Below are positions 54,185 to 64,000 of a stretch of DNA of 64,000 nt, in pieces. This stretch comes from an uncultured Chthonomonadaceae bacterium (GTDB taxonomy: Bacteria; Armatimonadota; Chthonomonadetes; Chthonomonadales; Chthonomonadaceae). A program made the position numbers and the translations under genes. Below the pieces are notes generated by a model, which saw only the letters and a program-made list of their open reading frames with translations, ran no database searches and was not told the origin of the DNA. How positions within the stretch are numbered: the first letter of the stretch is position 1; each line of letters starts with the position of its first letter. The DNA lies in assembly GCA_963835065.1 (NCBI GenBank), contig CAWIEK010000011.1:64001-128000 (forward strand). Direction: 5' to 3'.

Positions 54185-54536
54185 ACTCTCGAAAACATAG
54201 CGCGACAGTTCGATATACCGGGCGGTACACAATCCTTTGGATTGTGTACCGCCTACTTTATTTCAGGGCTTCTTAACACAATATACGTTACCCTGAGCGC
54301 GTCGTGAACGCCCCGTCTAAAAGCTTATCCCAATTGGCCGGATATTGAAAATACCCGGCAGGAAAGTGCAAGCGTCCTACGGACGCAAGGACAAGCCCTA
54401 TCGGGAGAGGCTCTAAAGGGCGTTCCGCCAGCCGGTCTGTGAACGGAACACTTCTTTGCTTGGAAAGCCCATATCACCTTCTTTCCTGCCTTATTTTCTC
54501 TCCCGCTTATTTCAACTCAGAATTTTTTCAGGTTAC

Positions 54537-54566
54537 TTGACAAGTTGACGAACAATGTTGTATCCT
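54537..54566 (+). promoter_or_regulatory. sigma70-type promoter for groES-groEL
   Basis: TTGACA (54537-42), an 18-nt spacer, then TATCCT (54561-66). Confidence 0.6.
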
Positions 54567-54569
54567 TTT

Positions 54570-54596
54570 TTAGCACTCGCATGGTTAGAGCGCTAA
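54570..54596 (+). promoter_or_regulatory. CIRCE operator (HrcA site)
   Basis: TTAGCACTC-N9-GAGCGCTAA, one mismatch from consensus, upstream of groES. Confidence 0.92.
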
Positions 54597-54645
54597 TTTC
54601 AGCGCAAAGCACACTTTACGAGTTATTCTGACAGGAGGAACGCGA

Positions 54646-54927
54646 ATGGCATTGCGACCGCTGCGCGACAAAGTTGTTGTCAAGCCCAGTGACGCGGACG
54701 AAAAGAGCACGGGCGGCATTTTCCTGCCCGATGCGGCGAAGAAGAAACCGCAAGAGGGCACGGTAATTGCTGTCGGTTCAGGACGCCTGCTCGACGACGG
54801 CACGGTGAAAGCGCTTTCCGTCGCCGTTGGCGACAAAGTGGTGTATTCCAAGTACGGCGGCACGGACGTCAAGATGGACGGTTCCGACTACGTGCTTTTG
54901 GACGAAGATCAGATTTTTGCGATTCTT

Positions 54928-54933
<6 letters not shown>
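54646..54933 (+). CDS. groES: co-chaperonin GroES
   Basis: LRPLRDKVVV, GGIFLPD, VGDKVVYSKYGGT. Confidence 0.98.
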
Positions 54934-56701
<1,768 letters not shown>

Positions 56702-56769
56702 GCGCAAAGGATGAAGGCGGAAGGAGGAAGGATGAAAATCAATTCCTTCTTCCGCTTCCTGTCCCAAAA

Positions 56770-56807
56770 AAACGCCCCGCTTTCCTTATATGGAAGGCGG
56801 GGCGTTG
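56770..56807 (+). terminator. hairpin downstream of groEL
   Basis: aacgccccgctttcc-ttatat-ggaaggcggggcgtt. Confidence 0.6.
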
Positions 56808-56896
56808 TGCTTGACGCGCCATAGAAAATTCGTTGCAATGAAACAGGAGCGATGAAAATTTGTCTTGTTTGATGCGGTTGCGGAGGCTGTTGAGCG

Positions 56897-57232
56897 ATGG
56901 ATAAAATAAATGAGTATGTGCAGATCGTGAAGCGCGTGATACAGGATGTGGCGGACTATGTGCCCGAAGAAGAAGGCGTTCGCAAGGAAGTTATCTTTGA
57001 TGACGCTTCCGGGCATTACCAACTGCTGCAAACCGGCTGGAAGAACCGCCGCCGGGTTCACGGCACACTGGTTCACATTGACGTGCGCGATGACAAAGTA
57101 TGGGTAGAACACGACGGCACGAACTTAGAGATAGTGCAGGATTTACTGGACGCGGGCATTCCGCAAGAACAAATCGTGCTTGGCTTTCACGCCCCCGAAC
57201 TGCGGCAGTTTACCGAGTTCGCTCCCGCTTGA
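56897..57232 (+). CDS. xisI: XisI-family protein
   Basis: HYQLLQTGW...VHIDVRDDKVWVEHDGT...IVLGFH. Confidence 0.88.
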   Translation: MDKINEYVQIVKRVIQDVADYVPEEEGVRKEVIFDDASGHYQLLQTGWKNRRRVHGTLVHIDVRDDKVWVEHDGTNLEIVQDLLDAGIPQEQIVLGFHAPELRQFTEFAPA

Positions 57233-57466
57233 ACGCGCCTGGGGTCAGGCTTTGAAACCGAACAGGAACTCTGTTGCCCGCAGCCGCTTCCGTTAGCCGG
57301 TAAGGCAAAAACAGCGTATTGTACCGCGTTTTCAACACAGTGAGCAGGAGAAAAGTTGCGCGGCGTGGAAACAATCCGCACAAGCAAGCGCGAACTAATC
57401 CTGACGCTCACTTGTTTCTTGAACCGGGCGTCCGTTGATTTTGTCTGTAAAGGTTAGCCGCATCCT

Positions 57467-58846
57467 ATGAGCCACGATTCTGAGCGTTTTCCATCCGAAC
57501 TTGCCCACATTTTGTTCATGGACATTGTAGGCTATTCCCTGCTGCTCATAAACGACCAGAGGCGTGTGGTCGCCATGCTGCAAAGCCTTGTGCGCAATGC
57601 CCCGGAGTTCCAGCACGCGCAAGCAGCGGGCAGAGTAATCTCCTCAGATACAGGAGATGGATTGGCGCTGGTGTTCTTCGGCGACCCGACCTCACCGGTG
57701 TATTGCGCGGTGGAGATCGCCCGCGCGTTGCGTGAAAAGCCTGAACTACAGTTGCGCATGGGCATCAACAGCGGTCTGGTGTCGCGCACAACCGACTTTA
57801 ACGGCCATGATAAAGTCACCGGCAGTGGTATCAATATGGCGCAGCGGGTGATGGATTGTGGAAACGCGGGGCATATCTTGCTGTCGCACGATTGCGCAAA
57901 AATCATGCGTCAATTCAGCGAGTGGGCCAACGCGCTTCACGACCTGGGCGAGTATCAAATCAAACATGACCTCACCCTGCGCCTGTACAATCTGTGCATG
58001 GAGCAGGTTGGCAATCCCGCCCCGTCGCAAGCCACACCAAAAAGCGCGCCCCCTGCAAACGCGCCAAAGAACGGCAATCCGCCCGGGACAGGCGGTGCAG
58101 CGAAGCAAAATGCCGGTATGGAAAGCGGCACAGAAAGCAAGACAAAAACCAACTCGGCGGATGGCGCGGAAATGGCGTGGATACCAGCGGGAACCTTCCA
58201 GATGGGCGGGAACGGTGAATACGACGGCAAGCCGGTTCATTCGGTGACATTGTCAGGTTTCTGGATGTACAAAACGCCGGTGACAGTGGCGCAGTTCCGC
58301 ACGTACGATGCAGCGAACGGAAGCAAGTACGACTGGACGAAGAACAAACCGGATTGGGGTTGGCTGGACGAGCATCCGATGGTAAATGTCTCCTGGACAG
58401 AGGCCTCGGCGTATGCGCAGTGGGCGGGCGTCGTGCTGCCGACAGAGGCGCAATGGGAATATGCGGCGCGGGGCGGTTTTGCGGGGAAGAACTATCCCTG
58501 GGGCGATGATTGGGACGGGAGCAAATGCGCCAATTCCGTCAAGCCGAATGACTTGAAGGGCACAAAAGCAGTCAAGAGTTACGCAGAGAATGGCTGGGGC
58601 CTGTATGATATGGCGGGCAACGTGTGGCAGTGGTGCGCGGACTGGTACGACAAAGCCTACTACCAGACAGCGGCGGCCAGCCAGACCGACCCAAGAGGGG
58701 CGAGTTCGGGCACATTCCGCGTCCTGCGGGGCGGTTCTTGGGGCGGCGATTCCGAGACCTACTTCCGCTGCGCGGACCGCGACTACTACATTCCCGACGA
58801 CTGGAACGGCATTATCGGGTTTCGTTGCTGTTCTCCAGGACTGTAA
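57467..58846 (+). CDS. class III adenylate/guanylate cyclase fused to an FGE-sulfatase (C-type lectin fold) domain; probable DGR target
   Basis: LFMDIVGYS, TGDG, RMGINSG, GINMAQRV, then F.MGG, LPTEAQWEYAARG, GLYDMAGNVWQW and RVLRGGSW...GFRC. Confidence 0.9.
   Translation: MSHDSERFPSELAHILFMDIVGYSLLLINDQRRVVAMLQSLVRNAPEFQHAQAAGRVISSDTGDGLALVFFGDPTSPVYCAVEIARALREKPELQLRMGINSGLVSRTTDFNGHDKVTGSGINMAQRVMDCGNAGHILLSHDCAKIMRQFSEWANALHDLGEYQIKHDLTLRLYNLCMEQVGNPAPSQATPKSAPPANAPKNGNPPGTGGAAKQNAGMESGTESKTKTNSADGAEMAWIPAGTFQMGGNGEYDGKPVHSVTLSGFWMYKTPVTVAQFRTYDAANGSKYDWTKNKPDWGWLDEHPMVNVSWTEASAYAQWAGVVLPTEAQWEYAARGGFAGKNYPWGDDWDGSKCANSVKPNDLKGTKAVKSYAENGWGLYDMAGNVWQWCADWYDKAYYQTAAASQTDPRGASSGTFRVLRGGSWGGDSETYFRCADRDYYIPDDWNGIIGFRCCSPGL
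58718..58846 (+). other. putative DGR variable region (VR)
   Basis: Codons between GGSW and GFR are almost all NNC/NNT, consistent with AAC/AAT template codons. Confidence 0.7.
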
Positions 58847-58886
58847 TGCTAACCATTTAACCTTTTACTCTTTTACTCTTTATTCT

Positions 58887-58911
58887 TTCAAGCCGGCAAA
58901 GCCGACTTGAA
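58887..58911 (+). other. GC-rich hairpin downstream of the VR (DGR homing cruciform-like)
   Basis: ttcaagccggc-aaa-gccgacttgaa (1 mismatch), preceded by (cttttact)n. Confidence 0.6.
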
Positions 58912-58997
58912 GAATCGAATTTTGAAAATTTGACGTTGTTTCAGAGTAAAGCCGAATTTTCTTTTCGCGCCGCTATGGGAAGGCAGGAATCAACGCT

Positions 58998-59123
58998 GTG
59001 GCTGGCGAAGTAAGCGCTGTTACGAAAACGTATGAGTTTTTGCTCTGGCTCCTCCCGCAAATCGCCCGCTTTCCCCGCGATCATCGCTTCACGTTGCAAC
59101 GGCGGCGTATTCGGCGGTTGTAA
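58998..59123 (+). pseudogene. avd: truncated DGR accessory protein Avd (four-helix bundle) N-terminus
   Basis: Manual translation from GTG gives MAGEVSAVTKTYEFLLWLLPQIARFPRDHRFTL, then unrelated residues and a stop. Not in the ORF track. Confidence 0.75.
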
Positions 59124-59168
59124 CCCTCGTTCCCGGATGCTCTCGCTCTTGCCGGACTTCGATACTGT

Positions 59169-59399
59169 TTAGGTTGCGCTTGCAGCGAGTTCGCAAGCAG
59201 TCTTTGGTAACAGTTCAACATCCGAGGCGTAAACGATGCTATGATCTTCGTGCCACTCTGTTACAACCGTGATTTTGATCTCATCACCGTTGTTCGCTTC
59301 GTGGCAGAGACGCTGAAACAAAGTTTCGTCCGGCACGTTCACCTTCTGCGTGAACAATCGGTTTCCACCTTTGTAGCGTGTTTTCTTCTCATACAGCAA
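59169..59399 (-). CDS. hypothetical protein
   Basis: The open frame extends upstream toward ~59490 without a clear start. Co-oriented with the TPR genes. Confidence 0.45.
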   Translation of the reverse strand: MLYEKKTRYKGGNRLFTQKVNVPDETLFQRLCHEANNGDEIKITVVTEWHEDHSIVYASDVELLPKTACELAASAT

Positions 59400-59503
59400 T
59401 GCAGGCAGATTGCCGGGTAACAGACCAAGAAGCGCTGCCTGTATCGTTGCTTTCGTCGTTTCCGTCAGTCCAAAATACTGTATTCCTGTTATTTTGTCTT
59501 CCC

Positions 59504-59988
59504 TTAATAGACACCAACGAGTTTAAAAAACAGCGTATCCGCTTCGCCGCATCTATTTTCGGCGCAAAGCAAGGCCGCATAAGCCTCTCGCGCTTGCATG
59601 GTCAGGGCATGTTGTAAGCCGAACGTTTGTTCTCGCAGGGTCAGGGCGCGGGCATACAGCGGTTCCGCCGCCGGATTGCCGCTTGCCTGATACTGCTTTG
59701 CAAGGCTGTAGAGAATTTGCGCCAGCATGGGATCGTTGGCGGGCAGGGCGCGTTCCGCAATGGCAAGCAGGCGCAGATACAATTCCGTCACATTGCCGTA
59801 CTCGGCAGCTCCAAGCCGCGCGAACAATCTCCGGCGCATAGCCTGAACCCGTCAAGCGGTCGAATATATCCGTCATTCGTCACATGGTCCAACTCTTCCT
59901 GGCTTACACCTGCATCAAGCCACTCCTGATCCATCATTTCTTTTGCGCGTTGATATACCTGATCGGAACGGAGTTCTGTGGTTGTCAT
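59504..59988 (-). pseudogene. TPR protein, paralogue of 60016-60546 (two frameshifts)
   Basis: Three frames give WLDAGVSQEELD / DIFDRLTGSGYAPE / IAERAL..NDPMLA..LY, each matching the neighbouring gene. Confidence 0.75.
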
Positions 59989-60015
59989 AGTAATGGTTCC
60001 TTTTTGTCATCCCTG

Positions 60016-60546
60016 TCATACGGGCTGTAAAGCGCGGGTTTTCAGAAGCGCATTTGCTTCGCTGCTGCGGCCTTCCGCGTGGAACTTTTCGATTTGATGG
60101 TCATAAGACTGGTATAGCCGGTTCCGAGCCTCAATAGTGCGGGGATGTTCCAGGCCAAGTGTTTGGCTCCAGAGTTTTAGAACGCGCGTAAAGAGCGGAA
60201 TGGCGGATTGGTAGGCTTGATTGGCGTCGTATCCTATCGCCAGCCGATACCAGATCAGTGCCAGCATGGGATCGTCCGGCGCGAAGGCGCTTTCCGCAAT
60301 CGGCCACAGGGCATGGTAGAACGGCATTTTGTCCGATGTGGCAGGGTACTCGGTTTCCCACACGGCGCGTATGCCTTCTTCGGGGTAGCCGGAACCCATC
60401 AGTCGGTCGAGAATATCCGCGAGTTCATCCCCCTCGTCAAGTTCTTCCTGACTCACGCCTGCTTCCAGCCAGCTTGTATTGATGATTTCTCTTGCGCGTC
60501 GGTAAGCGTCTTCGCTGCGGTTCAATTGGACTTGCTGCACTGCCAT
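60016..60546 (-). CDS. small kinesin-light-chain-type TPR protein
   Basis: LALIWYRLAIGY...AIPLFTRVL...LGLEHPRT. Confidence 0.8.
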   Translation of the reverse strand: MAVQQVQLNRSEDAYRRAREIINTSWLEAGVSQEELDEGDELADILDRLMGSGYPEEGIRAVWETEYPATSDKMPFYHALWPIAESAFAPDDPMLALIWYRLAIGYDANQAYQSAIPLFTRVLKLWSQTLGLEHPRTIEARNRLYQSYDHQIEKFHAEGRSSEANALLKTRALQPV

Positions 60547-60585
60547 AATCACTCTTCTCTTTTCGACATAACAACATCAGCGCGG

Positions 60586-61149
60586 CTAAGGAACGGCATG
60601 AACGCTTTGCAGCAGTTGCCGCGCTTCTGCCTGGTACAATTTGAGTTGCTTTGCGCCGTAAGGCAAACCGCTGAAGCCTAATCTGCGGTAAAAACCTTCC
60701 GCCTCGCGCCGCGTTTCCACGAGAACGCGCCCCTGCGCTCCTTGCCGATAGCTTTCTACAACCAGGCGAGCGACAAGTACGCGCCCAACTCCCCGATAGC
60801 GCGGCGTTCCGATATCATGCCGATTGTGGGGCGCAGTTTCCAGAAGACTTTTCCGCAAGAAATTACCTGCAAAGGTTGCATTTCCTAACCGAACAAGACC
60901 TTGTATGGCTGTGTCTACTTGATTCGCGCACACCAGTTTCAAGGCTTGCCCCTCGGCGGCATGAACCGGCCAAACATCCCTAAATACAGCCTCGTTCCAG
61001 TTTTCTCCGTGTAGTTCGGCAATATCACTTGCACCCAAAATTGCAAACTGAACAGAAATTTTGTCACCCGTTGCTGCTTCTGTAACGAAGTAAGGCAACA
61101 TGTTCGGATCGGCGGTGAGCAAAACATCAAGTTCCAGGTCGGCATCCAT
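60586..61149 (-). CDS. GNAT-family acetyltransferase
   Basis: LETAPHNR...YRGVGRVL...EGFYRRLGF. Confidence 0.8.
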   Translation of the reverse strand: MDADLELDVLLTADPNMLPYFVTEAATGDKISVQFAILGASDIAELHGENWNEAVFRDVWPVHAAEGQALKLVCANQVDTAIQGLVRLGNATFAGNFLRKSLLETAPHNRHDIGTPRYRGVGRVLVARLVVESYRQGAQGRVLVETRREAEGFYRRLGFSGLPYGAKQLKLYQAEARQLLQSVHAVP

Positions 61150-61219
61150 ATTGTAGTGTAGCAAGTTCCGTCGCTTTCGTCAAGAGGCTTAACACCGCAA
61201 GAAACATATTATGGATGCC

Positions 61220-62305
61220 CTAATCCCTGAAAGCGTTTGTTGCCGCCCGCAAATGATCGAGCAGGATTTGCATTGCGGAGGGCAGGGGAACCTGAAAGTC
61301 GAGGCGGACGCCGGTACGCGGCTGGCTGAAACTCAGGGCGTAAGCGTGAAGCGCCTGCCCGCCTAAATTGGCAATATCGGCTTCGAGTTGGGCGCGAACG
61401 CTTGAGGGAAATACGTCTGCCCCCAATTTGCGTAAGCCGCCGTACAAAGGGTCGCCTACGATGGGATGGTGGATGTACGCGCAATGGACGCGAATCTGGT
61501 GGGTGCGGCCCGTGCGCAGCGTGGCTTCCAGAAACGCAAACGCGGTGGCGAAGGTTTCCAGACGCTGAAGTTCTGTTTGCGCGGTTCGGGCTGTGTGGCG
61601 GGCATCCGTCAGCACAGCCATTTTTTTGCGGTCGGAAGGGTGACGCCCGATGGGAGCGTCTATCGTCGCCCGCTCAAACGCGGGAACGCCCCACACAAGC
61701 GCCTGATAGCGGCGCTTCGCCGTCCGCGCCTGTATCTGCGCTTGCAGGTCGCGGTGCGCAAGGTCGTTTTTCGCCACCATGATCAGCCCGCCCGTATCTT
61801 TGTCCAGGCGATGCACAATGCCCGGACGCTGCTCCCCACCAATCCCCGACAAGTCCGTCGCATAGCCGAGTACGGCGTTTACAAGCGTTCCCTGCGTCGC
61901 GCCGGGAGCCGGATGCACCACCATTCCCCGCGCCTTGTTGATCACCAGCACATCGGAATCTTCATAAACGATTTCCAGCGGGATGGACTCCGCCTCGATG
62001 CGCGCGGTTTTCGGCTGCGGCTGCTCAATAGTAATTACATCCCCGACGCGCAGGCGGTAATTGGATTTTTCCGGCTTGCCGTTGACCCGAACGCCCTCCG
62101 CCTCCGTTCCTGCCATTTCGATAAGCCGCTGCGCTTCCGCCCGCGAAGCGGAACCAAGCGCGGCAGTCACAAAAACATCCAATCGCTGTCCTGTATTCTG
62201 TGGAGAGACATGATGCGTAACAACGGCTTTGCTGCTTATCAGAGCAGGCGAGGCTTCCACTTCACTAAGCTCCTCGTCTTCATCGTAGGTATCGCGCATC
62301 TGCAT
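61220..62305 (-). CDS. rluD: RluA-family pseudouridine synthase (RluD-like, S4 domain)
   Basis: NKARGMVVHP, GIVHRLDKDTGG and TGRTHQIRVH. Confidence 0.92.
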   Translation of the reverse strand: MQMRDTYDEDEELSEVEASPALISSKAVVTHHVSPQNTGQRLDVFVTAALGSASRAEAQRLIEMAGTEAEGVRVNGKPEKSNYRLRVGDVITIEQPQPKTARIEAESIPLEIVYEDSDVLVINKARGMVVHPAPGATQGTLVNAVLGYATDLSGIGGEQRPGIVHRLDKDTGGLIMVAKNDLAHRDLQAQIQARTAKRRYQALVWGVPAFERATIDAPIGRHPSDRKKMAVLTDARHTARTAQTELQRLETFATAFAFLEATLRTGRTHQIRVHCAYIHHPIVGDPLYGGLRKLGADVFPSSVRAQLEADIANLGGQALHAYALSFSQPRTGVRLDFQVPLPSAMQILLDHLRAATNAFRD

Positions 62306-62683
62306 TGAGTATTCCTGTTGGCTGGCGTAGACTAAGCAAGCATGTTCGGCGTCAGAAATCATAAGAGCGACTGGTGAATGTTATCGTTGAAACCCGGTGA
62401 ATATAAGCCGAAAGAATGATTGTATGGGCGAATAATGTTTTCTGGAGCAATTTTAACATTCTGATGCAACTTTTTGACAGCCCAACCGTCTGAATACCTG
62501 TAAGTGTATGCAAAGGACGCGGAAGTCCAAACGCCATTTGTCTTTGACAGTATTGCGTCTTGTTCCGCGTCCTTGTTGCGTCTGCCGCCGAAAACATATT
62601 CACGACAAGATACGAACGGCCTGCTGTTCTATTCCAACATTCCTCAAGCGGGGAAGGTTCACGCCAACCAGGGAGATACATCA

Positions 62684-63367
62684 TTGACCGCCATTGCAAA
62701 CCATATACAAACGAGCCGCCGCCTGAAAAAAAGCACGGCCTACCTCGCGGCGTTCGCCTGTACCGGGCTTGTCGGGTGGAGCGGCTATCAGAAGTTCCAC
62801 AACCCGGAACATCCGCAGGGAACCCGCTATTCGCGGACGCAAATCGCAAGCCGCGCCACAGAAATTGGGCTTGCGCTGAACGGTTCAATCCAAGTTCTGT
62901 GCGAACCCGTACTGCACCAGGAACAGCAATTTTCCGGCGAAACGAGGTTCGCTAACCGCAAGCTGTGGATCGTGCTGTGTGAAAGCGGTAATCGGCAGAT
63001 GAATCTTACTTTCGATGATGCCACCGGGCGGCTGCTGTGCCTGATTATGGATGCCAGGCCGATGAACGCGAAAGCATTGGACACGAAAGCGCAAATCGCG
63101 CAAAAACGGCGAATCGGGCTGCGCGTCACGTCGGAACGGGAAGCGGTTCAGATAGCGGCGGCGCGTCTGCGCGTCCTGCAAACGCTGCCCCCCACCGCGC
63201 AAATCGCCCTGAGCGACGAACCCCGCGAGGATTTAAAACAAAACCTGTGGCGAATCTCGTGGCTGGCCCGCAACACGCCGACCTCCAAACCCTACGCCAT
63301 TAAAATGGCGGTGGAGCGCACATCGGGTCTGCCAACCTATATGATGAATCTGGAGAAGAAAGGGTAG
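62684..63367 (+). CDS. hypothetical exported or membrane-anchored protein
   Basis: Single N-terminal hydrophobic segment. Start uncertain. Confidence 0.6.
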   Translation: MTAIANHIQTSRRLKKSTAYLAAFACTGLVGWSGYQKFHNPEHPQGTRYSRTQIASRATEIGLALNGSIQVLCEPVLHQEQQFSGETRFANRKLWIVLCESGNRQMNLTFDDATGRLLCLIMDARPMNAKALDTKAQIAQKRRIGLRVTSEREAVQIAAARLRVLQTLPPTAQIALSDEPREDLKQNLWRISWLARNTPTSKPYAIKMAVERTSGLPTYMMNLEKKG

Positions 63368-63378
63368 GGGAGGATGGT

Positions 63379-63491
63379 AGGTATTCAGGTGTTCGGTGTT
63401 CAGGTGTTCAGGAGATACAAAAGTACCGAAGTCTACTGTAGCGTGACAAGGTTATCAGCCAAATTCCTGAACACCGAACACCTGAATACCT
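63379..63491. repeat. octamer-tandem palindrome (GTTCAGGT)n ... (ACCTGAAC)n
   Basis: Arms at 63379-63412 and 63466-63491. Single arms of the same unit occur near 16051-16088 and 33302-33342. Confidence 0.85.
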
Positions 63492-63508
63492 GATTGTTGG
63501 GAAGGAAA

Positions 63509-63595
63509 CGGAGAGGGTGGGATTCGAACCCACGGAGACATTACTGCCTCACGGCTTTTCGAGAGCCGCACCATCGACCACTCGGACACCTCTCC
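63509..63595 (-). tRNA. tRNA-Ser(CGA)
   Basis: GGAGAGG acceptor stem, CGGCT-CTCGAAA-AGCCG anticodon arm, long variable arm and GTTCGAATC T-loop. CCA not encoded. Confidence 0.95.
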
Positions 63596-63650
63596 GCAGA
63601 GGAACGCGCGAAAGACACAGCAACTTGACATTTAAGCCACGCCTGAAGTT

Positions 63651-64000
63651 TCAATCCACAACGGCGGCATGGGCGGGAACTTCAATCATACCGGCGTGGA
63701 TTTCGCGGTGACACCGACAGCAAACCAGAAGGCACTTGTCTAATTCGATCTTGATACGCTCAAAAGAACGGCTTTTCATGCCCGATATATGTAGTTCCTT
63801 CAAGTCCGATTCAAGATGATGAAACTCTAAAGCCTGCATACATCGATTGTAGCCACAAACCAGACAACTGCCGCCTTTATACTCTACGCACTGGCGTTTA
63901 ATATTCTTCTGACGCTCATGCGTGAGTTTGTTGAAGCAGTTCTTGCACCAGGGTTGAAAAGTAAAACTTGTCGGCTTTTTATAGCAGTTCGCTTCCGTGA
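63651..64000 (-). CDS. HNH endonuclease (5' end outside the window)
   Basis: YKGGSCLVCGYNRC..ALEFHH...ELDKCLLVCCRCHREIH. Confidence 0.8.
   Translation of the reverse strand, partial: TEANCYKKPTSFTFQPWCKNCFNKLTHERQKNIKRQCVEYKGGSCLVCGYNRCMQALEFHHLESDLKELHISGMKSRSFERIKIELDKCLLVCCRCHREIHAGMIEVPAHAAVVD

Noticed and set aside
54355..54445. Possible riboswitch (c-di-GMP-like words GGACGCAA and small hairpins)
   Set aside because: The stems and conserved motifs could not be arranged into a known model. An Rfam scan would be needed.
63509..63595. tRNA-anchored integrative element
   Set aside because: No integrase gene and no duplicated tRNA 3' end were seen in the window.
58846..64000. Complete DGR (TR and reverse transcriptase) in the window
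   Set aside because: I found no AAC-rich copy of the VR and no RT ORF by eye.

Overview
GC-rich bacterial chromosomal window. The PEP-CTERM tails, Ig-repeat lipoproteins and SARP-NTPase-TPR regulator suggest Armatimonadota, but that is inference. In order it holds: two PEP-CTERM proteins and a HAF-repeat protein divergent from a BTAD/NTPase/TPR regulator; a ~2.8 kb HNH / AAA-ATPase / DUF4276 cassette bracketed by a 170-bp duplicate of the 3' end of a WD40-caspase gene; an operon-like run of Ig-repeat lipoproteins, a beta-barrel and the secreted WD40-caspase; small TA-like genes; a ~21 kb Wzx/Wzy polysaccharide locus; an ECF sigma / zinc anti-sigma / TPR-CHAT protease / subtilase cluster; CIRCE-groES-groEL; a cyclase-FGE(C-type lectin) gene with a DGR-type variable region, a downstream hairpin and a truncated avd, but no TR or RT in the window; a GNAT with tandem TPR paralogues; an RluA-family synthase; tRNA-Ser(CGA); and a partial HNH gene. 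Intergenic spaces carry palindromes built from 7-8-nt tandem repeats, and repeats of the same kind sit in frame inside two glycosyltransferases. About ten single-base frameshifts, several in homopolymers, probably reflect long-read assembly error. All family calls come from motif recognition; no searches were run.
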